DNA of 64,000 nt from Calditrichia bacterium (GTDB lineage: Bacteria > Calditrichota > Calditrichia > JAJRVZ01): contig CAVZSQ010000017.1 of assembly GCA_963777955.1 (NCBI GenBank), positions 160,001 to 224,000 on the forward strand, written 5' to 3'. Under the pieces are notes generated by a model. It made no database searches and was not told the origin of the DNA. It saw nothing but the letters and a program-made list of their open reading frames with translations. The position numbers and the translations under genes were made by a program. Shown one piece after another: positions 45,288 through 56,900 of the stretch. The first letter of the stretch is position 1; every line of letters starts with the position of its first letter.

Positions 45288-47541
45288 ATGAAATATTTAG
45301 CATATGTGTTAATAATAGTTTTCCATTTTGATAGCACCATGAATCAGGAAAGTTATAGCATTAATAGTTATAATAATATAAGTAATAATATATTTACAAA
45401 TATTGAATATTCTTTGCCCAAATCATTAAAAACAAGTAAAGAAGCATTGTCGATGATCAAAATAATTAAAACTGAGTTTAAAGAAATAGTTTATTTAATT
45501 GATATGCCTATGATATTAAAATCTTTAAAAAATGGGAAGAAACATATAGAATTATTCAATGAATTAGTAATCCTCTCAGAAAAAGCAGGTTATGAAGAGG
45601 GAATTATTAAAGACTTATTCAATGATAGGATATCACAGTTTTCTGTTGGGACAATATGACAATGCAATCAATTATTACAAAAAAGCACTAGAAAGATGTA
45701 TTAAAGTTAATAAGGCTTCATTACATGCATTTATACTGCAAAATTTGGCAATAATTTATTATGATATTGGTGACTTCAAGCAATCAATAATTCATTGTTC
45801 AAAAACATTAGAGATTGGGATGCAAAGTAAAGATAAAAAAATAATTTTATCGGCTTTTAATTATTTATCAAATAATTATACTGCTCTGTGTGATTACGAG
45901 AAGGCATTAGAATTCAGTTTTGATGCTATCGAGATCAGTAGAGAATTGAATGATAATCAAACTTTAGCACTTATTTATCAAAATATTGGAACAATATATT
46001 CGGAAATAAAAAATTATGATAAGTCATTAATATACAATTTGGAATCATTAAAAATAAATGAAGAATTAGGTAATAAGATTAATATAGCATCATCATTAAG
46101 TTCGATAGGTATGATATATTGTCAAACAAGTAATTATTATCAGTCGTTGAACTATTTGAATAAAAGCTTAAGATTGAATCAAGAAATAGTGTTTAATCAA
46201 GGATTAGCAACTGTATATGACAATATAGGTTATGTCTATAGAAAACTTGGGAATAAATCTCTTGCGCTTGATTATTATAAGAAGTCATTAAATATAACTC
46301 TTCAAATAAATGACCACTGGAATATTGCTAATATTTCAAATCATATAGGTCAACTATATGTAATGGGAAAAGAATTTAAAAAAGCAAAAAATTACTTAAG
46401 TCAAAGTGCATATTACGCAAAGGGAATTAACGCTATAGACTTGCTGCAAGATTGTTATAAATCATATACAGAATTATATGAAACCATGGGAAATTATAAA
46501 AAAGCTTACCATTACTTAAAGTTATATTCTAATTATAATGATAGCACAATGGTAAAAATTAGTAATAAAATTAGCGACATGTTGATGAACTATGAATCTA
46601 AAAAGAGAGAAAAAGAGAATGAATTGATTTTGCTTAGAAATAGAGTGGAATTAGACAAGCAAAAATCAATCTCAGGGCAATTATTTTTTGCGATTTCCAT
46701 ATTATTTTTATTGTTAGCTTTTAGCTATTTAAGATATGTAGAAAAAAATAAACTAAATATACATTTAAGTCAGAAAGTTGAAGAATCTTTGGAAAAACAA
46801 ACTCAACAAAAACAGATAATTCTTCATCAAGCGAGTCTAACGACTCTAGGTGAGTATTCCGCTGCTATCGCTCATGAAATTAATCAACCCCTTCAACTTA
46901 TGTATTTTGACATCGAATCACTCTCTCTTCTTCTTAAAGAACAAAATATTAATATCAACAAAGTGAATCAAATGATTGAAGCATTAGTAGATAATATGAA
47001 TAGAATAAAGTTCATAACTGGATATGTAAAGAATTTTTCCTGTAGACAAAAAGAATATATCAAAGAAAATTTTGATTTGAATACAATGGTAAAAAATACT
47101 ATGTGGATTGTGCAACGACATTACGAAAAACTTGGCATTAAAATAAAATTAATCTTTGATGAACCAAATAATTTTATTTATGGAAGTTTATTTAAACTAG
47201 AACAGGCATTATTAAATCTTCTTTCTAACGCACGAGACGCAATAGAAGAAAAATGTGTTCAAAATCTTGATAAAGAGTGTCAGTGTATTACTATTAAATG
47301 TTCAGTTGAATATAATTATGCAATACTATCTGTCAAAGATAATGGAATAGGTATAAAACCCGAGACAAAAGATTTAATATTTAATCCATTTTTTACAACT
47401 AAGAATTTTGGTAAGGGTATTGGATTAGGTTTGTCTGTGGTGAAAGAAGTAATTGAGGATATGAATGGGGAAATTGTAATTGAAAGTACTTATCTAAAAG
47501 GAACTAATATAAAATTAAAAATTCCTATTCAAAAAGGATAA
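45288..47541 (+). CDS. TPR-repeat sensor histidine kinase (frameshift near 45600)
   Basis: Many TPRs, one TM, AHEINQPL, NLLSNARDA, DNGIGI, PFFTTK, GIGLGL. Confidence 0.88.
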
Positions 47542-47550
47542 AATGGAGAA

Positions 47551-48945
47551 ATGATGAATAATATTAGTGTACTAATATTGGATGATGAGAAAAAAATAGC
47601 CGATAGAATTGCAGAATTTTTAACAAAAGATCCCTTTAAGGTATTCACAGCATATTCACCAAAACAAGCATTTGGTATTTTAGAATCAAATTTTATCGAT
47701 ATAATTATTATTGATGTTCTGTTACCTGAAGTGAATGGCATTGAGGTACTAACTTTTGTTAAGAAAAACTATCCAGATATCGAAGCTATTATAATTAGTG
47801 GCTATGGAGATATGGATATGGTAATAAAATCATTGCAGCACGGAGCAATTGATTTTCTAAAGAAACCATTCAATAGCATCGACCTACAATTGGCAATTGA
47901 AAGGACTAAAAGATATATCACATTACATAAAAGACTTAATGTTGAGCAAAATAAAAATTCGCTTATATCTTACGAACTCGAAAAATTAATTGATAAAAAC
48001 TTCATTGGTATTAGTAAAGTGATTAAAGATGTTTTGGAATTAGCAGTCCAGGTGGGTAGAGATAGTGATATAAATGTATTAATTGTTGGTGAAAATGGAA
48101 CGGGAAAAGAAATTATTGCACGAATTATTCATTATGCTAGCGATAGAAAAGATAAAAGTTTTTCCGCAATCAATAGTGCTGCTATACCTGAGACGCTATT
48201 AGAAAGTGAATTCTTCGGTCATCGTAAAGGTGCTTTTACTGATGCAAAAGAAAATAAAAAAGGATATTTTGAATTAACCGATGGAGGATCCCTGTTCTTA
48301 GATGAAATTGCCGATATGCCTCATTCATTACAGACTAAACTTTTGAGAGCTATTGAAGAGAAAAGAATCAAACAGGTTGGTAGTGACAAAGAATTCCCTG
48401 TCGACGTAAGAATAATCTCTGCGACGAATAAAGATTTAGAAAAACTAATAGAGGAGAAAAAATTTAGATTAGATTTATATCACCGTATAAATAATTTTAT
48501 TATCAGTATTCCCCCACTTCGTGAGAGGTTAGAAGATCTTGAACCATTGGTTTCATATTTTGCTGAAATTTATGCAAAAAAGAAAAATAAAAAAATTCCA
48601 AGAATACATAAAGAAGTTATAAATAATTTAAAAAATTATAATTTTCCTGGGAACGTACGGGAATTAAGAAATATGGTCGAAAGAGCAATGATATTATCAA
48701 AAGATGACTTTTTGGATATGTCTCATTTTTCATTCTCACTTAAAGTAAATGAAACGAAATCTCTCGGAAAAAATAATTTAAATTTAAAAATCAATGAAAT
48801 CTTATTAATAAGGCAAGCACTATCTACGACAAAGTACAATCAACAAAAAGCTGCAGTTCTTCTGGGCATTTCAAGAGATTCTTTAATTAGGAGGATGAAA
48901 AAGTACAATATATTAATAAACAAAGAATTAGATAATATTCACTGA
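47551..48945 (+). CDS. Sigma-54-dependent NtrC-family response regulator
   Basis: Receiver domain, GENGTGKE, ESEFFGHRKGAFTDA, LFLDEI, FPGNVREL, C-terminal Fis HTH. Confidence 0.93.
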   Translation: MMNNISVLILDDEKKIADRIAEFLTKDPFKVFTAYSPKQAFGILESNFIDIIIIDVLLPEVNGIEVLTFVKKNYPDIEAIIISGYGDMDMVIKSLQHGAIDFLKKPFNSIDLQLAIERTKRYITLHKRLNVEQNKNSLISYELEKLIDKNFIGISKVIKDVLELAVQVGRDSDINVLIVGENGTGKEIIARIIHYASDRKDKSFSAINSAAIPETLLESEFFGHRKGAFTDAKENKKGYFELTDGGSLFLDEIADMPHSLQTKLLRAIEEKRIKQVGSDKEFPVDVRIISATNKDLEKLIEEKKFRLDLYHRINNFIISIPPLRERLEDLEPLVSYFAEIYAKKKNKKIPRIHKEVINNLKNYNFPGNVRELRNMVERAMILSKDDFLDMSHFSFSLKVNETKSLGKNNLNLKINEILLIRQALSTTKYNQQKAAVLLGISRDSLIRRMKKYNILINKELDNIH

Positions 48946-49258
48946 ATTTCCCAGTTATTTATTTCTGAAACCACACGAATGTGCGTTTTTAAACATTGTT
49001 TTTAATATGCTATAAGTTCAATTGTAATTAGTGATAGTCTTATGTAAAATATTTATTTATTGTAATATAAATATAATTGAATAGTTATATTAAAAATAAA
49101 TTTTTATGTTAAGAATAACTATATTGGCATAATTTTAGATATATAAATACTTATAATTTATTAATAAACGTGATCATTTTATAAATATAAATTATTACTA
49201 TCTATTAAGTAGATACTCATTGAATTTTTCATAATATTAAATTGATTAGGAGTCATGT

Positions 49259-49741
49259 ATGTCAAAAGGCACAATCAACAAAGCAATCATCGTCGGGCGG
49301 CTGGGGAAAGACCCCGATATGCGCTACACCCCCTCCGGCCTGGCCGTGGCCAACTTCAACGTGGCCACCAACTACGCGGTAAAAGATTCCACCGGCACCT
49401 TCCAGGATAAGACCGAATGGCACCGCATCGTGGCCTACGGCAAGCAGGCCGAGTTCGCCAGCGAATACCTGGCCAAGGGACGGCTGGTCTACGTCGAGGG
49501 ACGCATCCAGAACCGGCAGTGGGAAGACAAGGAAGGGCAGAAACGGTACACCACCGAGATCATCTGCTCCACCCTGCAGCCCCTGGGTCCGCGCGGCGAA
49601 GCTGCCGAAGCTGCCAAACCGGATAGCGAAGTAGTAACAGATACCCAGGAAACGCAAGCGGGAGAACCGGCGGCGGATAATAACCATCCGGCTACGGGGA
49701 AACCTGTGACCACCAGCGAAGAAGACGACCTGCCCTTCTAA
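49259..49741 (+). CDS. ssb: Single-stranded DNA-binding protein
   Basis: NKAIIVGRLGKDP, TEWHRIV, VYVEGRI, C-terminal DDLPF. Confidence 0.97.
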   Translation: MSKGTINKAIIVGRLGKDPDMRYTPSGLAVANFNVATNYAVKDSTGTFQDKTEWHRIVAYGKQAEFASEYLAKGRLVYVEGRIQNRQWEDKEGQKRYTTEIICSTLQPLGPRGEAAEAAKPDSEVVTDTQETQAGEPAADNNHPATGKPVTTSEEDDLPF

Positions 49742-49749
49742 ACCGGCAT

Positions 49750-49820
49750 AAACAGAAAACCCCGCCACTTCGTAGGGATGACGGGGCCTGAGGTATGCAT
49801 GGGGATGTATTAATATGCAT
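49750..49820 (-). ncRNA. Candidate ~70-nt small RNA
   Basis: ECF-type promoter upstream; terminator CCCCGUCAU/GUGGCGGGG followed by UUUUCUGUUU pairs fully only on the minus strand; no ORF. Confidence 0.5.
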
Positions 49821-49825
49821 ATTTA

Positions 49826-49852
49826 TAGACGCTGGATTTGCTGAAAAGTTTC
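49826..49852 (-). promoter_or_regulatory. Candidate RpoE/SigW-type ECF promoter
   Basis: Minus strand GAAACTT-N16-TCTA. Confidence 0.55.
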
Positions 49853-50049
49853 GAATTAAATTTTTTAAAAGGATAAGGGGAAATGGGTAATGGGTAAAGA
49901 ATAATGCCTATGTCCCTGAGTCCATCAGAAAAATAACGAATTGTCATTATTGCTGAATAATTGACATGCATGAGTTCAATCCAGGCTGGTTTTGGAAATA
50001 AAGGGGAAAAAGTAACTAAGGATAAGCAGAGATATAAGAAAGGCGAATC

Positions 50050-50775
50050 GTGCTACGTGGAAAAGTTGTTTATAGTTTCATTTCTGCCGTCATCCTGCTG
50101 AATCTTTACAGCTGCACTTTGCTTGGTTTTTATGCCGGTTCAAAAGCCGATGCGGACAGGGCTATCCTGGAACCGCTGTCGCTGGATGAAATGCTGAAGA
50201 TGAAAACAGGCAGCCCGGTCAAAGTATATCTGCGCGAAGGCCAGGTTATGCAGGGCATACTCCAGGGGGTGATCCCCCTGCTGCCGGGGGAATATACACA
50301 GCGCTATGACTCGTTTCGCCTGAAACTCAAAAATGATAAAATATTCCCGGCGCTGGAAGATACCATTATGGTGCTCCAGCAGTCACGCCGGGGCCCCAGC
50401 CTGGATAATACGAAATACCTGTTTGCCGGATTCGATCCAAACACGGTGCGGCTGCGGCCGCTGCGCTCGAATAATGACACTGCTGAAAACATGGAAAATC
50501 TGCGGGATATTGCTGATCTGCGCGGGAAGAGAGTAAATCTTGCCACCATCAAAAATTTCCTGGAATCCGCCAAAGTTCCCCTGCGCTCGGAAGTGTTTTT
50601 ATGGCAGGGCAACGAAATGCAGAAAATCCCGGCGGAAAAGATCTACAGAATCGATCAACCTAAAATTGCCAGGAGCAGAATTATGCTGACTGTTGCCGGC
50701 CTGGTGGTCGATTACATAGTCGTGGTCAGCTGGATCTCCTATAAGGTTTTTCATGATTTTAAATTGGGGAAATGA
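50050..50775 (+). CDS. Lipoprotein of the three-copy family, copy 2 (intact)
   Basis: LYSC lipobox, GFYAGSKAD, FPALEDTI, F.GFD, VPLRSEV, C-terminal hydrophobic helix. Confidence 0.8.
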   Translation: MLRGKVVYSFISAVILLNLYSCTLLGFYAGSKADADRAILEPLSLDEMLKMKTGSPVKVYLREGQVMQGILQGVIPLLPGEYTQRYDSFRLKLKNDKIFPALEDTIMVLQQSRRGPSLDNTKYLFAGFDPNTVRLRPLRSNNDTAENMENLRDIADLRGKRVNLATIKNFLESAKVPLRSEVFLWQGNEMQKIPAEKIYRIDQPKIARSRIMLTVAGLVVDYIVVVSWISYKVFHDFKLGK

Positions 50776-50787
50776 TATATGCTGGTA

Positions 50788-50918
50788 CCCCCTCCTGTAT
50801 GAGGGGGGACAAGGGGGTCAGATTCCCGCCTGTACTATAATCAAGCAAGGCATTCGATAGGCGGGATTGACACTTCGCTTCGAGCTGTTTCGCGCCAGGT
50901 CTTCGACCTTTATGCCTT
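50788..50918. repeat. Composite repeat (CCCCCT..AGGGGG palindrome, family A, family B)
   Basis: Family A at 50820-50871; cgccaggtcttcgacctt near 50893. Confidence 0.8.
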
Positions 50919-50925
50919 CTTGACC

Positions 50926-51964
50926 CTATTCATACTGAACATTCAATTTTGAGTTTCTATCGATAATCAGCAGATCTGCGATCAGGAAATTGATAAAATG
51001 GTGGATCTCCGCCAATTCTGTTCCGACCTGCATATTGATTCGCCCATCATGCTCATAAAAAGATTTATTTTGCAGGGTTTCGAGAATTTCGCCCGGCGCA
51101 ATAAAAGGATCGGGATGTTCCCGGAATCCGGCGTCGATCAAATTATTTTTAATATTTTCGATTACACAAAATCTATTTACACTCAAAACTGTTCCATACT
51201 TTCCTTTATCCAGGTCAAGCAGCACTGCTTTTGCTCCGGCGGATATTTTCAATTGTTTTGTCCCGGAAAAAGCAGGATCCCATAGCTGGCTGAATAATTT
51301 TAGCATCGATTCCCGGGAAAGGTATCTGAAATTGCTGACTTCGTAAAACGTACTGTCATTTTCGTACAGTCTGATCGAAGCTGCAGCGGAAATGTAACCG
51401 GGTTCTCCATCATCGAAATATGGTCTTCTCTGGGAAGTCTGTATGGACCAGTAAACAAAGTAGCCTACTGCTATCAGTATCGCTGCCGCGGCAATGTATA
51501 CCAGAATTAAATTCCGTTCTTCTTTCAGGGCCGGAGGCGCAATGGTGTATGCCTGTGGAGTGGAATCTTTTGAAGCAGGGGATATGGGATAGGGGGATGT
51601 GGCATAAGGCCCAGGGGCGACTAAGTCCGGCTGCAGGGGATCTGCGCCGAAACGGTTGGGACCAACGGTACCTTTTTTAAACTGTAATTCAAACGCCACG
51701 AATATATTATAAAGGGGTACTAAAAGTAAAAAATAATCTCCCCCTGATCTATCAAGGTCATGAAATCTTCTGACAGTGAGACATACTTCTATATAAATAT
51801 ATAATATCAAAAAGACGAACATTAATATAGTGAAAACGACATCACTGCCAGCTGATTAATCAGGTAATAATATCATCCATCAGTATAAAAATGAAGGAAT
51901 TGGCCAGGGAATGCAGGAAGTAACTTAACCGGGCCATTCTGCCTTTGGTGCTGAATAGATTCAT
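50926..51964 (-). CDS. DUF805-domain membrane protein with C-terminal extension (frameshift near 51860)
   Basis: MNLFSTKGRMARLSYF, LTVRRFHDLDRSG, KGTVGPNRFGADP. Confidence 0.8.
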
Positions 51965-52369
51965 TTTATAACCCCTATCAATTAATCAGGAAAATATCAG
52001 ATCTGACTGACAGGATGATCACCTCTGTAATTTATACTGAATATTTATTATTTTTTCTATCAGGATTATCAGGAATACAGAAATAATGTATTAATGAAGT
52101 ATTATAAAAGCAAGGGATGATAGGGGGCTGGCCTAAGCGCAAAGGTCGGAGACCTGGCGCCAGACAAGCCGCAGCGCAGAGGGATTCCGAATAGGCAATT
52201 ATTACCTCAGCTGCAGTGCAAAATAGCCTGCCGGAAAAATCAGCAGGATCCAGGCACCCCGACCCCGGGTACCTGAAAAAATAAAGACCAGGAGAATATT
52301 CACGAAACCAAATCTATTTACTGCAGTATTACTTTTTAACCTCCTCCGGATAATGCATTTTTAATCTGA

Positions 52370-52398
52370 TTGACACGGCGTTTGTGATGTTCTATATT
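52370..52398 (+). promoter_or_regulatory. Sigma-70-type promoter
   Basis: TTGACA-N17-TATATT; conserved as TTGACT-N17-TATATT before the paralog at 61161. Confidence 0.7.
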
Positions 52399-52504
52399 AT
52401 TCAGGCGTTATTTTTCACAGTGGTTTTATTAGCGGTACTTTAATTCATAACAGAATACCTTATCCTGCTTTACAGGTATCTTTTATCATTCAGAAAGGAA
52501 ACTT

Positions 52505-53629
52505 ATGAAAACCTTATTCTTTTTGGTTCTGCCTCTGGTATTGCTGGCTCAGCAGGCCAGCTGGCCTGACACGATCGTTATGAAAGGGGGCAAGGTCTTC
52601 CCCTGTCTGGTCGACGAATTACAGCAGTCGGCGGTCATACTTACTTATAGTCTGCGTGAAGAACGGCTTAATTTGGGTTTAACGGGAGTAGAGAAAATCA
52701 TGCTGGCTGAACATGGAACAGTATTCCAGGCGGACAGTGGTTTAAGGGGGGATTTTGACAGCGTACAGGAATTTATTGCCCGGCGCCGGGAAAAGTTGAA
52801 ACAACAGCAGCAATTGCTGCAGCTGCAATTGCAGCAGCAGTCGCTGCAACAGCAGAAAGTCCTGGAACTGGCTGAAAAGCAGCGACAGCAAGAAGAGCAG
52901 GTTCTTAAGCAGCAGCAGCAACAAATGCTGGACACTGCCCGGCAGGCCGGGGAATGCACTGCACCGTATCACTGGTCATTCGGAGTGCTGTACATCCCAT
53001 ATGCTTCGGGCAGAATTTATCCAAGTTCCGCCAGCAGTTACTATGTCGATTATGAATCCAGAATGGACGCACAGGTTGCTTTTATGATTTATCCAAAAGT
53101 ACGGCTGACCTGTGATCTGGGTTACACCCGCGCCTATAGCCGGCAGAAACAGGAGGAACATTATCTCGCTATTGATGGTTCGTATCAGGATGATAATGGA
53201 TACCTTTCAATCGATGATCTGAAGTTATTCGAAATAAGCGTCGGCTGTAAATATTATTTTTCAGGATTACGTATGCACAGGGTCAGTCCATATCTGCTGG
53301 CCGGGGCGGGCAAGCAGTTTGCGTTTGTAACCGACAAGTCTGAAGAGTTATTTGTGCCGCAACCGCCGCTGGCACGGATCGATGATAACCGGGAGGAGTA
53401 TCTGCAAGATTTGAATTCCCCTGTGCATGTTTTTTTAGGTTTTGGGGTGGAATACTCTTTTAATGAATCGATTTCCCTGGTCGCCAATGTCCGTTTCCAT
53501 TACCAGTGGATCGAGGCTCATTACGATTACCGCAGAATCGAAGCAGCGATCACGGATAGCCGGTCTATTGATTATAATAAAGCCGATCTGATCAAACGGG
53601 TTGGCCTGGGTTTTAATTTTTATTTTTAG
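52505..53629 (+). CDS. Outer-membrane beta-barrel protein with N-terminal domain and Gln-rich coiled coil
   Basis: Signal peptide, poly-Q stretch, SPYLLAGAG, GFGVEY, C-terminal LGFNFYF beta-signal. Confidence 0.75.
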   Translation: MKTLFFLVLPLVLLAQQASWPDTIVMKGGKVFPCLVDELQQSAVILTYSLREERLNLGLTGVEKIMLAEHGTVFQADSGLRGDFDSVQEFIARRREKLKQQQQLLQLQLQQQSLQQQKVLELAEKQRQQEEQVLKQQQQQMLDTARQAGECTAPYHWSFGVLYIPYASGRIYPSSASSYYVDYESRMDAQVAFMIYPKVRLTCDLGYTRAYSRQKQEEHYLAIDGSYQDDNGYLSIDDLKLFEISVGCKYYFSGLRMHRVSPYLLAGAGKQFAFVTDKSEELFVPQPPLARIDDNREEYLQDLNSPVHVFLGFGVEYSFNESISLVANVRFHYQWIEAHYDYRRIEAAITDSRSIDYNKADLIKRVGLGFNFYF

Positions 53630-53641
53630 CAGGGTAAATTC

Positions 53642-56374
53642 ATGAGCAGATCAAAAACGAAGATATGGATTATTTTCATTGGTTTTTGCCTCGGATTGAT
53701 TATGCCACACCCCTTACCGGCACAGATCAGAAACGATTCTCCCGCAGAATTTTCAGACCCGGCCGTCATTAATCCGGATCACTCCCAGGCATCTGCCTAT
53801 GAACCAATGCTGGTTCAGGATACTCTTGAATTGCTGCCGTGGCTTAAACAGGATTTTATGATTAACGAGCTGGCCGGAGATTATGGTTGTGAGCAATGGT
53901 ATCCAAATATCGCCAGTGACAGCAGCGGTAACTATGCCATAGCCTGGAACGATCAGCGTAATGGCCGGGCCGATATATATGTCCAGTTTTTTAATAACCG
54001 GGATGAAAGGATCGGGGCAAATATACTGGTCAACGATCAGGAATGCAGCAGTATATACTTCACTCCTTTTATTGCGGCCAATAAGCGGGGCGACTTTATG
54101 GTGGCCTGGAGTGAAAAGTATAATGATGTGGTAGTTCAAAAATTTACCAGCAGCGCTGAAAAAGTTGGGGGGAATTTAATCCTCGATATTTTATCATTAT
54201 GGAATCCGGATGAAGTTTCCCTGGTGCTGGCCGGGAATGGCTGCTTTTTAGTCAGTCTGGGTTGCCAGATCCGGCAGGGAAAATATATATGCGCGGCTTT
54301 ATGATTCAGCGGGAATTGCCCTGAGCGATGCCATCGTGCTGAATGATGAAATGGATGAGCCGGCAATATATATTAACTATCATTGTTTGGCAGTTGATGA
54401 GCAGAACAATTATGTGGTAGTGTGGAGAAGAATAACAAAAAGTGTATCCAGAATATTTTTGCAACGGCTGGACAGCAATGGCTTTAAAACCGGCAGGAAT
54501 ATAACGATCAGCGACAGCCTGGATACGCGTAATCATTATGATCCTGCCATCACAGCTGCGGACGGCGGAGATTTTTTTATTGTCTGGAATAGTGATGATT
54601 ATCAATTTGGCAACGGCGGCACTACGGCCCGGATATATCACAGCCAGGATCAGACGCTTTCAGAACAGACTAACTATTTCAGCAGCCAACTCCTATTTAT
54701 TTTCTGATTTACTGGCAGGAAACAGGCATGATGCTTTCTGGATTTTTACTTTTGACCAGGGAAATGGTACGGTGCGAGGTCAGAAAATCGGCAAAACCGG
54801 AGAATTACAGGGGGCAACGCTCATCCATAAACTGGACCCGGCCGATTCTCTGTTTGTCCACGATGTTAGTATTGCAGATATTTTTACAGGTCAATTTTTT
54901 ATAACTTTTTTACGTTATCATCGTGGTGATACCGAAGTTTTTAGCCAAAGGTTTGATCAAAACCTGCAGCCGCTATCTGTACCGCTTAAAGTAAATATGG
55001 ATCAATTCTCTGCCTGGCAGAATACGCCGCTGGTCTGTTTTAACCGGCAGGGGGGTTCAATCGTACTGTGGGAAGACCACCGTAACGGTCGTTATGATCT
55101 GTATGCCCAGGTCTATGATCCTGATTTTAATCCCTTGGGATCCAACAGGCAAATCAACGACCCGGCCGTAAGGTACACATTTTTCGGAGACAAGCATGCA
55201 GGTGCATTGACAGACGGAACATTTATGATCGCTTTTTGCGGTACTGAAAATATAAATGAGGGCAATATTTATTTACAGGCGATCGATCCGCAGGGTTATA
55301 AAACAGGTACGAATGTCAAGGTGAACGAAGATTACAATCCTAATCAGGTCCGCTTGAAAGTCGATGCGCAAGATCAGATTTTAGTCTGCTGGTACAATCG
55401 GAGTTCAGCCGGCCTGCGCAAGTATAATAAGAATCTGACCGCAGTATCACCAATAAAAACGTTGTAAGTAGTTATGATCAGCGCTATTATCATGAGCCTG
55501 TTGTTATGTCGATCGATGAGGATTTTAATGTTTTTGCCACCTGGCATGTATTATGATCACCAGGGTTTATGATTATGGTCGGACACTTTACGGCTTAGTC
55601 TATGACCAGGCAGGAACGGTTGTCAGCGATACAATGATCATCAATGAGTGGGATTATCCGCTGAATTTACATGCTCTGGACAATTATTTGACCGATAGCG
55701 GGGACTACATTGTCGCCTGGGATTATAGTCAACAGGTACAGATCTGGCGGAAAATCACCACTGATCAGACTTATGTATTTAAGAATCACTGGTATAGTTG
55801 GGATTATGGTGATATACGGTTAAAAATTGTTCAGGCAAAGAATTGCAAGACTTTCATAACTTATAATTCAGGATCTGAGGTGCTGGGCTGGTTCTGCAAT
55901 GATAATAAACATCAGTCACAGTTATACCGGTTATACCGTAATACAGAATTAACCCCGATTGAGACCCATTCTTATAATGCTGCGGTTTTCGATGATAATC
56001 TGTTCTTTACAGTTGAAAGTAACAGGCACGGTGAAACGGGTCTTGATATTTGGGGCAATACGCAAAGCCTTGCTGACATAAATTTTGATCCGGAAATTTT
56101 CCGTTCACCCCCTGGCGATGATATTCTTTATCCCAATTTTCCTAATCCGTTCAATGGGGTGACACACATAAGTTATGAAATACTGGCTTACCATAAGGTA
56201 AAATTGACCATGTACGATGTGCTCGGCAGGGAGGTGAGGGTGCTGGTGGATAAGGATCAGGCGCGGGGGTTTTATGATGTTGATTTGAATGCAGCCGGCC
56301 TGGCCTCGGGGATCTATTTTGTAAAACTGGAGGCGTTCAGGACAAAGGTGAGGAAGGTGATTGTGATTAAATAG
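53642..56374 (+). CDS. Secreted beta-repeat protein with C-terminal sorting-type domain (several frameshifts)
   Basis: Repeated P.IA.D..GNY.IAW.D.RNG..DIY.Q units; PNFPNPFN...ASGIYFVKL...RKVIVIK. Confidence 0.8.
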
Positions 56375-56750
56375 TACCTGAGTACCTTAGTTCCTATGTA
56401 CCTGAGAAAAAGAGACAGAGAGACAAAGAGACAAAGAGACAAAGATCGGAGGACCTAGCATAGACAGGCACAAAGTAAAAAGGGCGCTGAGTAGTCCGGC
56501 ACTTGCCGGACGTATCGAAGCGACATGTATAGTGCTAATCATCGCTCGTTTCGAACCCAACGATCGGGTTAATAAAAAATCCGCTGTGCCGCTTCAGCGC
56601 TTTTGTCTTTTTCCTTCATTTATAGATTCCCGCCTGTATTAAAATCAAGCGAGGCATTCGACAGGCGGGAATGACTTTTTTCTTTGACTCTGTACCTGAC
56701 GGTCGAAGATCTTCGATCTCTGTCTCTTTGTTTCTTTGTCTCTCTGTCGC
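56373..56750. repeat. Composite repeat mosaic with inverted AGAGACAA arms
   Basis: Octamer array starting in the TAG stop, (AGAGACAR)x4, family B, GTCCGGC hairpin, family A at 56624-56675, inverse arm at 56717-56750. Confidence 0.85.
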
Positions 56751-56900
56751 TATCTGGCCGGATTGCTCGATCCTTGTCCCTTTCTTATGGTCGACAATTA
56801 ATTTACCGGATGATTACATTGCTGTGACACTGTCCTTCGGTACGGATCATATATTAATCACCAGAAAAAGTAACACAAGTGTAATACAGGAGGATGTGTC

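Noticed and set aside
49125..49140. Sigma-54 promoter downstream of the NtrC-type gene
   Set aside because: TGGCAT is present but the -12 element reads TAGA, in very AT-rich DNA where chance matches are likely
52800..52925. CAG-rich stretch as a phase-variable repeat
   Set aside because: Mixed CAG/CAA codons interrupted by other codons; it encodes a Gln-rich coiled coil
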